This document shows, one piece after another, positions 30,567-40,205 of a stretch of DNA of 64,000 nt. Position numbers and translations under genes: made by a program. The notes beneath the pieces are model-generated. The model saw only the letters and a list, made by a program, of their open reading frames with translations, did no database searches and had not been told where the DNA came from. How positions within the stretch are numbered: the stretch's first letter is position 1; each line of letters begins with the position of its first letter. This DNA is from Nitrospirota bacterium (GTDB taxonomy: Bacteria; Nitrospirota; UBA9217), in assembly GCA_963754875.1 (NCBI GenBank), contig CAVWHO010000013.1, positions 183,263 to 247,262 on the forward strand, written 5' to 3'.

Positions 30567-31123
30567 CAGCGTTTTTCACGTCGCTTGCGATTGTGTTTCT
30601 TGCTGAGATGGGTGACAAGACCCAGCTCCTGGCCATGGCCTTTGCCACGAGGTTTCGCTGGCAGACGGTCATGCTCGGAGTGTTCGTTGCGACCGCTGCA
30701 AATCATCTTTTCGCCGTGTATGTCGGCAATTATCTCACCAGCATTATTCCGCTTCACGTCATCAAGATCGCTGCATCCGTTTCGTTTATTCTCTTTGGTT
30801 TATGGACCATCAGGGGCGACAAGCTTGAGAATGAGGACAAACGATTCAACTTTAGTCCATTCTGGACCGTCACTGCCGCGTTCTTTCTTGCCGAGATGGG
30901 AGACAAGACTCAGCTCGCTACGGTCGCGCTTGCTGCTGAATTCAACACTGTGGTCCCTGTGTGGGCTGGGACCACGACGGGAATGTTGGTTGCCGACGGC
31001 GTCGGAATCATCATCGGCATTCTTTTGCACAAGAAGATACCTGAAAAACAGATCAAGTGGGTCGCCGCCCTCGTTTTTATCGCCTTCGGACTTTGGGGCG
31101 TGTATGCTGCATTGACGTCGTAA
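30563..31123 (+). CDS. TMEM165/GDT1 (UPF0016) cation transporter
   Basis: Two copies of the [11 protein letters not shown] signature. Confidence 0.93.
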   Translation: MTAFFTSLAIVFLAEMGDKTQLLAMAFATRFRWQTVMLGVFVATAANHLFAVYVGNYLTSIIPLHVIKIAASVSFILFGLWTIRGDKLENEDKRFNFSPFWTVTAAFFLAEMGDKTQLATVALAAEFNTVVPVWAGTTTGMLVADGVGIIIGILLHKKIPEKQIKWVAALVFIAFGLWGVYAALTS

Positions 31124-31155
31124 TTCGCGATGTCAAACACGGGACCAGCTAAGCA

Positions 31156-31347
31156 TCATTTCTTAACGCAGGTTTCCTCAACCACTGTGTGCGCTTCTTT
31201 CTTGCTGACATCGGCTTGCTGATAGTAGATGTACTCGCCTACCATGCCGGAAAGCTCCTCGCCGGAGATATCTGGCATAATATCGAGAACTTCCTCTTTA
31301 AAATACTTTGCCGCATCAACCGTCCATTTATCCATTGTGCTGTTCAT
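31156..31347 (-). CDS. Small acidic hypothetical protein (63 aa)
   Basis: Strong AAAGGAGG RBS before ATG 31347; divergent from the LysR gene. Confidence 0.7.
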   Translation of the reverse strand: MNSTMDKWTVDAAKYFKEEVLDIMPDISGEELSGMVGEYIYYQQADVSKKEAHTVVEETCVKK

Positions 31348-31463
31348 ATTGCCTCCTTTCATACCGTATGTTGCAAGTCTTTAGTCATCCTTGGTACTTA
31401 TTCTATCCATTGAGTTGACATACGTCCAATATATTGATAATATGAATTCAATACTTTTAAAAT

Positions 31464-32354
31464 ATGGAACTAAGACACCTTAAATATTTCGTAGCAGTGG
31501 CCGAGGAAATGCATTTTGGCAGGGCCGCCAAAAGGCTTCATATCGCCCAGCCGCCGCTGAGTCAGCAGATCCTGAATCTGGAAGAAGAGCTCGGGGTGAA
31601 GTTGTTTGACAGGACGCGGCGGAATATACAGATGACCGATGCGGGCATTTATTTTCTGAAAGAAGCCCAGCACATCCTTTTACATGCTGAACAGGCTGCT
31701 GAAACTGCCAGAAGGATCTATCGTGGACAGGCCGGACGTCTCGTCGTAGGGTTTGTGGGATCGGTAATCCATACGTTTTTGCCTGAAGGTCTGCGCTCAT
31801 TCCGTGAATGCTTCCGGGATGTCGAACTGGTACTGCAGGAGCTGACTACGGCGGAACAGATAAGGCTGCTGCATACCAGGCGCATTGACATCGGATTCCA
31901 CTATCCCGATGCTCAGGATGCAACGCTTGCATTTCAACCGCTCACGCAAGCGCCTTTGATGGTTGTACTGCCCAATAAACATCCTCTTTCGGGCCGCAAA
32001 TCGCTGGATATCAGAAAGCTGGCCCAGGAGCCTTTCATAGCGAATACAAGATCGTCAGAACCGGTGGTCCGCGATGCCTTTATCAGCCTGTGCCATGCTG
32101 CCGGGTTCAGTCCGAAAATTACACAGGAGGCGGGCAGCGTCCAGACAGTGTTAGGTCTCGTGGCTTCCGGATTGGGTGCCTGTCTTCTTCCGGATTATAT
32201 AAAAAATATCAAACGCCCGGGTGTGCAGTACATACCTTTGTCAGGATCGTCTCCTACGGTAAAACTCGCCGTTGTCTGGCGCAGCGATAATTCTTCCGCA
32301 CTTGTAAAGTCTTTTGTCGAAGTAATTGAGACTTCTGCCCGTCGCTACCGGTGA
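31464..32354 (+). CDS. LysR-family transcriptional regulator
   Basis: MELRHLKYF..VAEE.HFGRAA.RLHIAQPPLSQQI HTH plus substrate-binding domain. Confidence 0.96.
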   Translation: MELRHLKYFVAVAEEMHFGRAAKRLHIAQPPLSQQILNLEEELGVKLFDRTRRNIQMTDAGIYFLKEAQHILLHAEQAAETARRIYRGQAGRLVVGFVGSVIHTFLPEGLRSFRECFRDVELVLQELTTAEQIRLLHTRRIDIGFHYPDAQDATLAFQPLTQAPLMVVLPNKHPLSGRKSLDIRKLAQEPFIANTRSSEPVVRDAFISLCHAAGFSPKITQEAGSVQTVLGLVASGLGACLLPDYIKNIKRPGVQYIPLSGSSPTVKLAVVWRSDNSSALVKSFVEVIETSARRYR

Positions 32355-32477
32355 TCTAGGATTCCTTTCGTTACTATTTCCCAGCGCGCTTAGTAGTGCA
32401 GCGACAAGACTTGCCTTGCAGAACTCTTCTGCGAGACTCATGGTCATGCCCAAGAGCGGCCCGTTTCCTGTTTTCCC

Positions 32478-32533
32478 TTGACAAAGCAAACCATGCGACT
32501 TAGTATTAAACAACTGTTTTATAATTTAGAAAC
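32478..32533 (+). promoter_or_regulatory. Promoter and candidate IclR operator
   Basis: TTGACA-17-TAGTAT, then the imperfect palindrome GTTTTATAATTTAGAAAC (32516-32533). Confidence 0.5.
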
Positions 32534-32700
32534 TCTATCTTTTCATGCGTAAACAAAGAGTTGCAAGATTTCTGGCCATTGCTTTCTTTCTATATAATAT
32601 ATTAGAGGTTATGTTGTGACTCCGAGTTGTTCTTCCCACTAAAGAGACAATCCGGGCAAGCTAAATAATCTCAAATGCCGACAACCGGGGAGTTGTGTTC

Positions 32701-33498
32701 ATGAAAAGGGAAAAAGTCAATTATACGATCCAGTCAGTGTCGCATGCGCTCGATATTCTTGAGTCCTTTACTAAGACTGCGGATGAACTCGGGGTGACCG
32801 ATTTGTCGAAACGGCTGGGCCTGCACAAGAACAACGTATTCCGGCTGCTGGCCACGCTCGAACACAGGGGATACATTGAACAGAACCCTGCCACAGAAAA
32901 TTACCGGCTTGGCGTGAAGACCCTTCAGATCGGTTCGATCTTTATCGAGCAGCGTGAATGCCGCCGCCAGGCGCGTCCGATCCTCGAAAACCTGATGGCA
33001 GCTTCCGGCGAAACAACGGTCGTAGCGATATTGCGCGGGAACAAGGTCATCTACATGGACAGCGTGGAAACGGACAAAACCGTTCGTGCAGTTTCGCACA
33101 TCGGCGCGCTGCTCCCGGCACACTGCACTGCCGTGGGAAAGGTGCAACTGGCCCAGTTGTCGCCTGCCGAGATCGAGCGTCTCTATCCCGAGCAAACGCT
33201 GTCTCCGCTGGCTGACCGCAGCATTAAGACCCGCGATGCACTTCTGGCTGAATTGAAAAGCATTGTTGACCGGGGCTATGCCCTTGAGAACGAGGAAGCG
33301 GAAACCGATGTGCGGGGCATCTCTGTTGCAGTGAAGGATTATTCGAAAAACGTGATCGCGGCCATCGGCATCACGGCGCCAATAAGCCGTTTGACCGATG
33401 AACGACTGGAAAGAGGGGGCATCATCAACCTGCTTCGCGAATCAGGCCAGGCGCTTTCGACGAAACTGGGATTCATCGCGCCTGCGGTAAAAAAGTAA
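32701..33498 (+). CDS. IclR-family transcriptional regulator
   Basis: HTH (LGVTDLSKRLGLHKNNVFRLLATL) and PAHCTAVGK effector-domain motif. Confidence 0.95.
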   Translation: MKREKVNYTIQSVSHALDILESFTKTADELGVTDLSKRLGLHKNNVFRLLATLEHRGYIEQNPATENYRLGVKTLQIGSIFIEQRECRRQARPILENLMAASGETTVVAILRGNKVIYMDSVETDKTVRAVSHIGALLPAHCTAVGKVQLAQLSPAEIERLYPEQTLSPLADRSIKTRDALLAELKSIVDRGYALENEEAETDVRGISVAVKDYSKNVIAAIGITAPISRLTDERLERGGIINLLRESGQALSTKLGFIAPAVKK

Positions 33499-33557
33499 CA
33501 ATTCCCGGTTCCAAGAATGGTTGACACTCCTCTTTATGCTATGCTATTATCCGCCAG

Positions 33558-34454
33558 ATGGTGATTGAACAAAAATTAGATCTTCTGAAAGCGCTGCTCC
33601 AGGAGATGAATCTCGCAGTACTCGCCTATTCCGGCGGCGTGGACAGTTCACTTCTTCTCAGGGTCGCGTCGGAAGTCATGGGACCCCGGCTGATCGCGGT
33701 GACTGCTGTTTCCGAAACCTATCCGGACGGTGAACTGCGTGGTGCTCAGGAGTTTGCGCGCTTGCTTGGGGTGACGCATAAAGTCCTTCCGACGGAGGAG
33801 CTTGCGTCGGAGGAATTCGTTCGGAACACGACGGAACGATGCTACCATTGTAAGCGCGAGCTGTTTGCCAAGCTCAGGCAGCTTGCGGACAGCGAGGGAA
33901 TCTCCGCAGTCATCGAGGGATCGAACACTGATGATCTGAGCGATTACCGCCCGGGCAGAAAAGCCGCCCAGGAGTTCGGTCTAAGGAGTCCGCTCGTCGA
34001 AGCCGGGTTCTCGAAGGCCGATGTCCGCGAATGTGCCCGCATGTTGCATCTCTCTGTGTGGGACAAACCGTCCCTCGCCTGCCTTTCCTCCCGTATTCCC
34101 TATGGAACCAGGATCACTCCCGAGATATTGCACATGGTACAGGCCGCGGAGGACCGGTTGCGTGCTCACGGGTTCCGGCAGGTCCGTGTCCGGCATCACG
34201 GCGACATCGCGCGGATCGAGGTGACGAAGGAAGATTTTGCAAAGCTTATTTCCGGCGATGTAATAGCAGCCGTTACCGCAGAATTCAAAAAACTCGGCTA
34301 TACCTATGTCTGTCTTGACCTTGAGGGTTACCGGACTGGAAGCATGAATGAGGTTTTCGTGGAGCAAGCCGACCATGCCGGCGTAAAAAATTGCGGCAAC
34401 GCGGTTGCCTTGGTCCAAAAGGAGCGAGCGAATGAAAATACTCATCGTCGGTAG
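33558..34454 (+). CDS. larE: LarE-like ATP-dependent sulfur transferase (PP-loop)
   Basis: AYSGGVDS, RCYHCK, DYRPG, CLSSRIPYG and GYRTGSMN. Confidence 0.88.
   Translation: MVIEQKLDLLKALLQEMNLAVLAYSGGVDSSLLLRVASEVMGPRLIAVTAVSETYPDGELRGAQEFARLLGVTHKVLPTEELASEEFVRNTTERCYHCKRELFAKLRQLADSEGISAVIEGSNTDDLSDYRPGRKAAQEFGLRSPLVEAGFSKADVRECARMLHLSVWDKPSLACLSSRIPYGTRITPEILHMVQAAEDRLRAHGFRQVRVRHHGDIARIEVTKEDFAKLISGDVIAAVTAEFKKLGYTYVCLDLEGYRTGSMNEVFVEQADHAGVKNCGNAVALVQKERANENTHRR
34360..34417. repeat. Double-hairpin palindromic element, copy 2
   Basis: TGGAGCAAGCCGACCATGCCGGCGT...GCGGCAACGCGGTTGCCTTGGTCCA matches 534-588. Confidence 0.85.
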
Positions 34455-35709
34455 CGGGGGCAGGGAACATGCGCTGGTCTGGAAAATAGCGCAGAGCCCG
34501 AAGGTCACGAAAATTTACGCGGCGCCGGGGAATGCCGGCATGGCGCAGCTTGCGGAATGCGTTCCGGTCAAGTCTGAGGATGTCCCCGGCCTTCTGGCAT
34601 TCGCCAAGTCCAAGTCCATCGACCTCACCATCGTGGGCCCGGAAGGACCGCTCTCTTTAGGCATCGTGGACGAGTTCACGAAAGCGGGGCTTCGCGCATT
34701 CGGCCCGAGCGGCAAGGCGGCCGAGATCGAGTCAAGCAAGAAGTTTTCCAAGGACCTCATGAGGAAGTACCACATCCCCACGGCAGAGTACGGCGTGTTC
34801 ACCGAAAAGGCCGCGGCAGAGGCCTACGTGCGTGAGAAGGGCGCGCCCATTGTCGTAAAGGCCGACGGTCTGGCAGCGGGAAAGGGGGTCGTGGTCGCTG
34901 AAACAATGGAAGAGGCGCTCAAGGCGCTCGACCTCATCATGACCGACAAGGCTTTCGGCACGGCAGGCGACCGCGTGGTGATCGAAGAGTGCCTCAGGGG
35001 AGAAGAAGCTTCCTTCATGGCCTTCTCCGACGGCAAAACCGTCGTGCCCATGGCGTCGTCACAGGACCATAAACGGGTGTTCGACGCGGACAAGGGGCCG
35101 AACACCGGCGGCATGGGAGCATATTCTCCGGCCCCGGTGGTCACCAAAAAGCTGGAACGCAAGGTCATGGAAACGATCATGGTCCCCACGGTCCGGGCCA
35201 TGGAAAAAGAAGGACGGTTGTTCAAAGGAGTGTTGTACGCCGGGCTCATGATCCACGAAGGCGAAGCCAAGGTGCTGGAGTTCAACGCCCGCTTCGGCGA
35301 TCCGGAGACCCAACCGATCATGGCGCGGCTGGATACGGACCTCGTAGAGATCATTGAAGCCATCCTTGCGGGATCGTTGTCGAAAATCGACATCAAATGG
35401 AAACCCGACTCAGCGGTCTGCGTGGTCATGGCCTCGGGCGGATATCCCGGCAGCTATGAAAAAGGCAAGATCATCTGCGGTCTCGAGAACGCTGCAAAAC
35501 TGAGCAACGTATCGGTATTTCACGCGGGGACCGCGTTCAAGGATGGCAAGATCGTGACCGCCGGGGGCAGGGTGCTCGGCGTGACCGGGCTCGGTCCGGT
35601 TGTGGCCGCAGCCATCGATAATGCCTACAAAGGCGTGCGGGAGATCGCGTTCGAGGGCGCGCACTTTCGCAGGGACATCGGGGCGCGGGCTCTTGAAACC
35701 GGGAATTAG
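34432..35709 (+). CDS. purD: Phosphoribosylamine--glycine ligase
   Basis: GSGGREHAL, KADGLAAGKGV, GPNTGGMG and EFNARFGDPE. Confidence 0.98.
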   Translation: MKILIVGSGGREHALVWKIAQSPKVTKIYAAPGNAGMAQLAECVPVKSEDVPGLLAFAKSKSIDLTIVGPEGPLSLGIVDEFTKAGLRAFGPSGKAAEIESSKKFSKDLMRKYHIPTAEYGVFTEKAAAEAYVREKGAPIVVKADGLAAGKGVVVAETMEEALKALDLIMTDKAFGTAGDRVVIEECLRGEEASFMAFSDGKTVVPMASSQDHKRVFDADKGPNTGGMGAYSPAPVVTKKLERKVMETIMVPTVRAMEKEGRLFKGVLYAGLMIHEGEAKVLEFNARFGDPETQPIMARLDTDLVEIIEAILAGSLSKIDIKWKPDSAVCVVMASGGYPGSYEKGKIICGLENAAKLSNVSVFHAGTAFKDGKIVTAGGRVLGVTGLGPVVAAAIDNAYKGVREIAFEGAHFRRDIGARALETGN

Positions 35710-35720
35710 CGGAATAACAC

Positions 35721-36506
35721 TTGCGAAGAGTACAGTGCAAAACGAACTGGCCGACTCTACGGAATGTCGTCAGCTTCCTGAATGATGAGTTGCGGGTCGG
35801 AAAGATCAGGGATGCTTCCCTGAACGGCCTGCAGGTGCGGTCCCGTACGACCGGCGCACTCGAACGGGTCGGCTTTGCTGTCGATGCATGCATTTCCACG
35901 TTCGAGAGAGCACATCAACTCAGCGTTGACCTCCTCGTTGTTCATCACGGCATAAAATGGAGACCTCAAAAGGATCGTGACCTCGAGAAAAAGCGAGAGT
36001 CGTACCTGAAAAAGAACAGCCTGGCGCTCTATGCCGCGCATCTGCCGCTTGATCTCCATAGGGAATATGGGAACAATGTACAGCTTTCCCGTTTACTCGG
36101 GCTGCAGAATTTGCGTGCATTCGGGAAGTATCACGGCATCAAGATCGGTTATGCCGGCGCATTCAAAAGGACGGCCAGCCTTGATGACCTTGCAGCGATT
36201 CTCAAGAAACAGTTAAAAACGACCTGCAGCGTGTTCCGTTTCGGAAAAGCGCGTATTCGCACCCTGGGGATCGTGTCCGGCGGGGGCGGCAGCATGCTGA
36301 AAGACGCTGTTGAGGAACGGCTTGATTGTTTTATGGTCGGAGAGATAGATCTTGCAACGTACAATGCAGCGAAGGAATACGGCATGAACCTCATCGTAGC
36401 CGGCCACTATGCAACGGAAACTGTCGGCGTCAAGGCATTGATGGGGCTCGTGGGGGACGTGTTCGGCATTGAGACCGTCTTCATCGACGACGCAAAAGAT
36501 TTGTAA
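35721..36506 (+). CDS. Nif3/DUF34 dinuclear metal-centre protein
   Basis: NGLQV, VHHG, HLPLD.H and AGHYATE; start codon uncertain. Confidence 0.9.
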   Translation: MRRVQCKTNWPTLRNVVSFLNDELRVGKIRDASLNGLQVRSRTTGALERVGFAVDACISTFERAHQLSVDLLVVHHGIKWRPQKDRDLEKKRESYLKKNSLALYAAHLPLDLHREYGNNVQLSRLLGLQNLRAFGKYHGIKIGYAGAFKRTASLDDLAAILKKQLKTTCSVFRFGKARIRTLGIVSGGGGSMLKDAVEERLDCFMVGEIDLATYNAAKEYGMNLIVAGHYATETVGVKALMGLVGDVFGIETVFIDDAKDL

Positions 36507-36548
36507 CAGTACTGGATCCTCATCATCAACTTGAAGAAAGGAGCACTC

Positions 36549-37172
36549 ATGAGCAAACCAGTTGTCGGGATATTGATGGGCAGTGACTCGGACCTTCCAA
36601 TCATGCAGGAGGCGGCCGCGATGCTCCAGGAATTCGGCGTCGAGTATGAAATGACCATCGCGTCGGCGCATCGGACGCCGAAAAAGGTCATCGAATACAG
36701 CGTGGGCGCGGAGAGACGCGGGATCAAGGTGATCATTGCCGGCGCGGGATGGGCTGCGCACCTTGCCGGGGTCATCGCGTCGCACACGACGCTGCCGGTC
36801 ATCGGCGTGCCGATCGATTCGTCGCCGCTCAAGGGACTCGATGCGCTCCTGGCCACGGCCCAGATGCCGGGCGGCGTGCCGGTTGCGACCATGTCGATCG
36901 GTAAGCCTGGCGCAAAGAACGCAGGCGTGTTTGCGGCCCAGATCATCGCCACAAGCGACGTTAAGATCGCAAACCGCCTCAAAGTCTACAGGGTCGAGAT
37001 GGAACGCGACGTGGAAGAGAAGGCAAAACGCCTCATGGCGATCACCGCAGCACCGGCAGTCAAGGAACCCGCGGCAGCCGAAGCAGGAGCGCCTGCCAAA
37101 AAGAAACCACGCCGCAGACGATGGAAGAAAAAACCGGGTGGCGCAGCGCCGGCCCAGGGACCGGTCGCGTGA
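36549..37172 (+). CDS. purE: N5-CAIR mutase with a basic C-terminal tail
   Basis: MGSDSD, SAHRTP, AAHL.G and QMPGGVPVAT. Confidence 0.96.
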   Translation: MSKPVVGILMGSDSDLPIMQEAAAMLQEFGVEYEMTIASAHRTPKKVIEYSVGAERRGIKVIIAGAGWAAHLAGVIASHTTLPVIGVPIDSSPLKGLDALLATAQMPGGVPVATMSIGKPGAKNAGVFAAQIIATSDVKIANRLKVYRVEMERDVEEKAKRLMAITAAPAVKEPAAAEAGAPAKKKPRRRRWKKKPGGAAPAQGPVA

Positions 37173-38038
37173 AGACCGAACTCGAGTGCCTGCCCTGCTT
37201 TTTCGGACAGGTTACGCGTACCTTGAATTATGCAGGCGTGAACGGCGACCGGGGCCGCGGCATTGCGCGAAAGGCGGCTGCAATCATTGAACAGGCGTCG
37301 CTGGAAGAAGTCCCGGCCCGCATCACGACGATGATTCACCGAATGCTTCGTGAAGAGACCGGTACCGATCCCTATCAATCCGTGAAGGACGCGTATAACC
37401 GCATTGCACTCGACAGGATGCCTGCGCTCAAAGCAATGGTTTCCCGATCTGATGACCGTCTTGAAGGGGCTGTTCGCGTTGCGATTGCCGGGAACGTCAT
37501 CGACTTTGGGATTTACGAAAGCATCGACCTTGACCGTTCCATCGAGGAATCGTTCAGTTTGCCGCTTTCAGGCGCTGATTATCTGGCTTTTTCCCGGGAA
37601 GTTCAGACGGCACGCCGCATCCTCTACCTCTGCGACAACGCAGGAGAGATCGTGTTCGACCGAGTTCTGCTCGAAACTCTGCGCGCCATGGGCAAGGACG
37701 TGACTGCCGTGGTCAAGGGTTCTCCGGTGATCAACGATGCTACGCTTGATGACGCGGCCGCAGCCGGGCTGCACGGGTGTGCGACGGTCATCGATAACGG
37801 GAACGACGGCATCGGTACGCTGCTGGAGGCAGGCTCAGCGCGTTTTCTGGAGGCTTACCGAGCTGCGGACCTTATCATCAGCAAAGGCCAGGCCAACTAC
37901 GAAACGCTCGTAGGAGAAAAGAACGAACGCATTTTTTTTCTGTTCAAAGTAAAATGTCCGGTCGTTGCAGGATTCCTTGGACGAAAGAACGGGGACATCG
38001 TCCTGGCGAGAGGCGGGAGTAGTGGGGATTGCAGCTAG
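37169..38038 (+). CDS. ARMT1/DUF89 damage-control phosphatase
   Basis: CLPC, AGNVID, DNAGEIVFD, SKGQANYE and KC; GTG start overlapping the purE stop. Confidence 0.9.
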   Translation: MKTELECLPCFFGQVTRTLNYAGVNGDRGRGIARKAAAIIEQASLEEVPARITTMIHRMLREETGTDPYQSVKDAYNRIALDRMPALKAMVSRSDDRLEGAVRVAIAGNVIDFGIYESIDLDRSIEESFSLPLSGADYLAFSREVQTARRILYLCDNAGEIVFDRVLLETLRAMGKDVTAVVKGSPVINDATLDDAAAAGLHGCATVIDNGNDGIGTLLEAGSARFLEAYRAADLIISKGQANYETLVGEKNERIFFLFKVKCPVVAGFLGRKNGDIVLARGGSSGDCS

Positions 38039-38106
38039 GTGATTGCGGAACCGGACTTCAGGAAAAGAGGACCGCAAACCATGCAGGCTGCGATGAGTGT
38101 GGCTCT

Positions 38107-38727
38107 ATGCCGGGGGAAATAATTAAAATCGACATGTCCCATCCCGAAGAAGCGTTCTCCCGCTGCAAACAAGTGGTTTCAACGGGAGGTATCGTCGTCT
38201 ATCCGACTGATACGTTTTACGGGCTCGGCGCTGATCCGAGGAACGCTGCTGCGGTTAAAAAATTATTTGCTATCAAGGGCAGGCAGCCGGGCCAACCCAT
38301 CCTGCTGCTCCTGGCGGACGCGAGTGACGTGCGCGACTGGGCCGTCGAGGTAACTTCACAGGCCCAAGTGCTTATGCAGAAATACTGGCCCGGGCCGCTG
38401 ACGCTCGTGTTCAAGGCCGGGCCGAACGTACTTGCGGACCTGACAGCGAACACGGGTACCATAGGCCTTCGGGTGCCGGGCAATGCGTTGACCCGCAGCC
38501 TGCTGCGATATCTCGGCCATGCCCTGACCGGCACGAGTGCAAATATCTCGAACAAGCCGAGCCCAAGAACAGCCCAGGAAGCTGCAACGATCGCCACCCT
38601 GGTTGAACTGGTCCTCAATGGAGGCGAATGCGCCGGAGATAAACCGTCGACTATCGTTGACGTAAGAACTGAAGTGCCGCACGTGATCCGCGAAGGGGCC
38701 ATTCCTTCGAAGGCCATCGCGGCTTGA
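38107..38727 (+). CDS. tsaC: Threonylcarbamoyl-AMP synthase
   Basis: YPTDTFYGL, IKGR, WPGPLTL and TSANIS. Confidence 0.93.
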   Translation: MPGEIIKIDMSHPEEAFSRCKQVVSTGGIVVYPTDTFYGLGADPRNAAAVKKLFAIKGRQPGQPILLLLADASDVRDWAVEVTSQAQVLMQKYWPGPLTLVFKAGPNVLADLTANTGTIGLRVPGNALTRSLLRYLGHALTGTSANISNKPSPRTAQEAATIATLVELVLNGGECAGDKPSTIVDVRTEVPHVIREGAIPSKAIAA

Positions 38728-38762
38728 TGCAAAATCTCTCTCTTGTGTGACAAGGAATGTTG

Positions 38763-40082
38763 ATGAAAAAAATATTCGTACTCGATACCAATGTTCTGCT
38801 TCATGACCCCCACGCAATTTTTTCCTTTGAGGACAACGAAGTAGTCATCCCCATCGTCGTAATCGAGGAACTGGACAAGTTCAAGAAAGGCATCGACGAA
38901 ATCGGCAGGAACGCGCGCCAGGTCTCGCGAATCCTCGACGAATTACGGCAAAAAGGGAAGCTTTCCCAGGGCGTCGAACTCGATGGTGGCGGGAGCTTGT
39001 GCGTCGAGCTCAACCACCAATCGCCGGAGCACTTGCCGAATGAGCTTGTGGCAACCAAGGCGGACAATCGCATCCTCGCCACGGCGCTCAACCTGAAGCA
39101 CGACAACCTGCCGGTGGTCCTCGTGACTAAGGACACGAACCTCCGCATCAAGGCCGATGCTCTTGGTCTGAAAGCGGAGGATTTCGAGTCGGACAACATT
39201 ACGCTTGACGAGCTTTATTCCGGTGAGACGGAATTAGCTGTCGAGCCGGGCGCAATCGATGAATTTTATGCAAAGGGCGAGTTCACGCCCCCTGCCGGTC
39301 CCAACCTTTTCCCGAACGAGTTTGTATTGCTTAAGAACAGCGCCAACCCGTCACAAACGGCATTAGCGCGGTATCAACAGCAAAAGAACGTCCTCGTTCC
39401 CATTGTGAACGCCAAACACGGTGTGTGGGGCATCAATGCACGGAACAAGCAGCAGCAGTTTGCCCTCGACCTGCTCCTGAACGACGATATCCGCCTGGTA
39501 ACGCTCGTGGGGAGGGCCGGTACGGGCAAGACGCTCCTGGCGCTTGCTGCAGGACTGGACAAGACGATCGAGAGCAGGGCGTTCCAGCGGCTCGTGGTCT
39601 CGCGCCCTGTGTTCCCGCTCGGTAAGGACATTGGGTTTCTGCCCGGCGACATCGAGGAGAAGCTCAGACCCTGGATGCAGCCGATCCGGGACAACCTCGA
39701 TTTTCTTATGGGCGCATCGACCATGTCCGGCCGCGCAAAAGGCAAGAAAGACCTTCAGGGCCTCTTCGACCTCGGCATGATCGAGGTGGAACCGCTCACC
39801 TATATTCGCGGACGGAGCATGCCGAACCAGTATCTGATCGTGGACGAGGCCCAGAACCTGACGCCGCACGAGATCAAAACGATCATCACGCGTGCAGGCG
39901 AGGGGACCAAGGTCGTCCTGACGGGCGATCCCTATCAGATCGACAATCCGTATATCGACTCGTCGAGCAACGGTCTCACCTTCGTCGTCGAGCGGTTCAA
40001 GGAAGAGTCCATCGCCGGCCACATTACGCTGGTGAAAGGAGAACGCTCCGACCTCGCGGAACTTGCCGCGACACTGTTATAG
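38763..40082 (+). CDS. PIN-PhoH (YlaK/PhoH2) family protein
   Basis: N-terminal PIN domain (VLDTNVL) plus GRAGTGKT, GFLPGD, RGRS and DEAQN. Confidence 0.93.
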   Translation: MKKIFVLDTNVLLHDPHAIFSFEDNEVVIPIVVIEELDKFKKGIDEIGRNARQVSRILDELRQKGKLSQGVELDGGGSLCVELNHQSPEHLPNELVATKADNRILATALNLKHDNLPVVLVTKDTNLRIKADALGLKAEDFESDNITLDELYSGETELAVEPGAIDEFYAKGEFTPPAGPNLFPNEFVLLKNSANPSQTALARYQQQKNVLVPIVNAKHGVWGINARNKQQQFALDLLLNDDIRLVTLVGRAGTGKTLLALAAGLDKTIESRAFQRLVVSRPVFPLGKDIGFLPGDIEEKLRPWMQPIRDNLDFLMGASTMSGRAKGKKDLQGLFDLGMIEVEPLTYIRGRSMPNQYLIVDEAQNLTPHEIKTIITRAGEGTKVVLTGDPYQIDNPYIDSSSNGLTFVVERFKEESIAGHITLVKGERSDLAELAATLL

Positions 40083-40205
40083 AGTACCGTACGAACTGCC
40101 CTATGTAGAGTAGGGAGTCCGACGTACAAATTGTGAAGGTCAAACAGTACTCCGACCGGCAACTGTCAGCCGTGAACGTCGAGTAGAACAATAGGGCGAA
40201 AGGAT

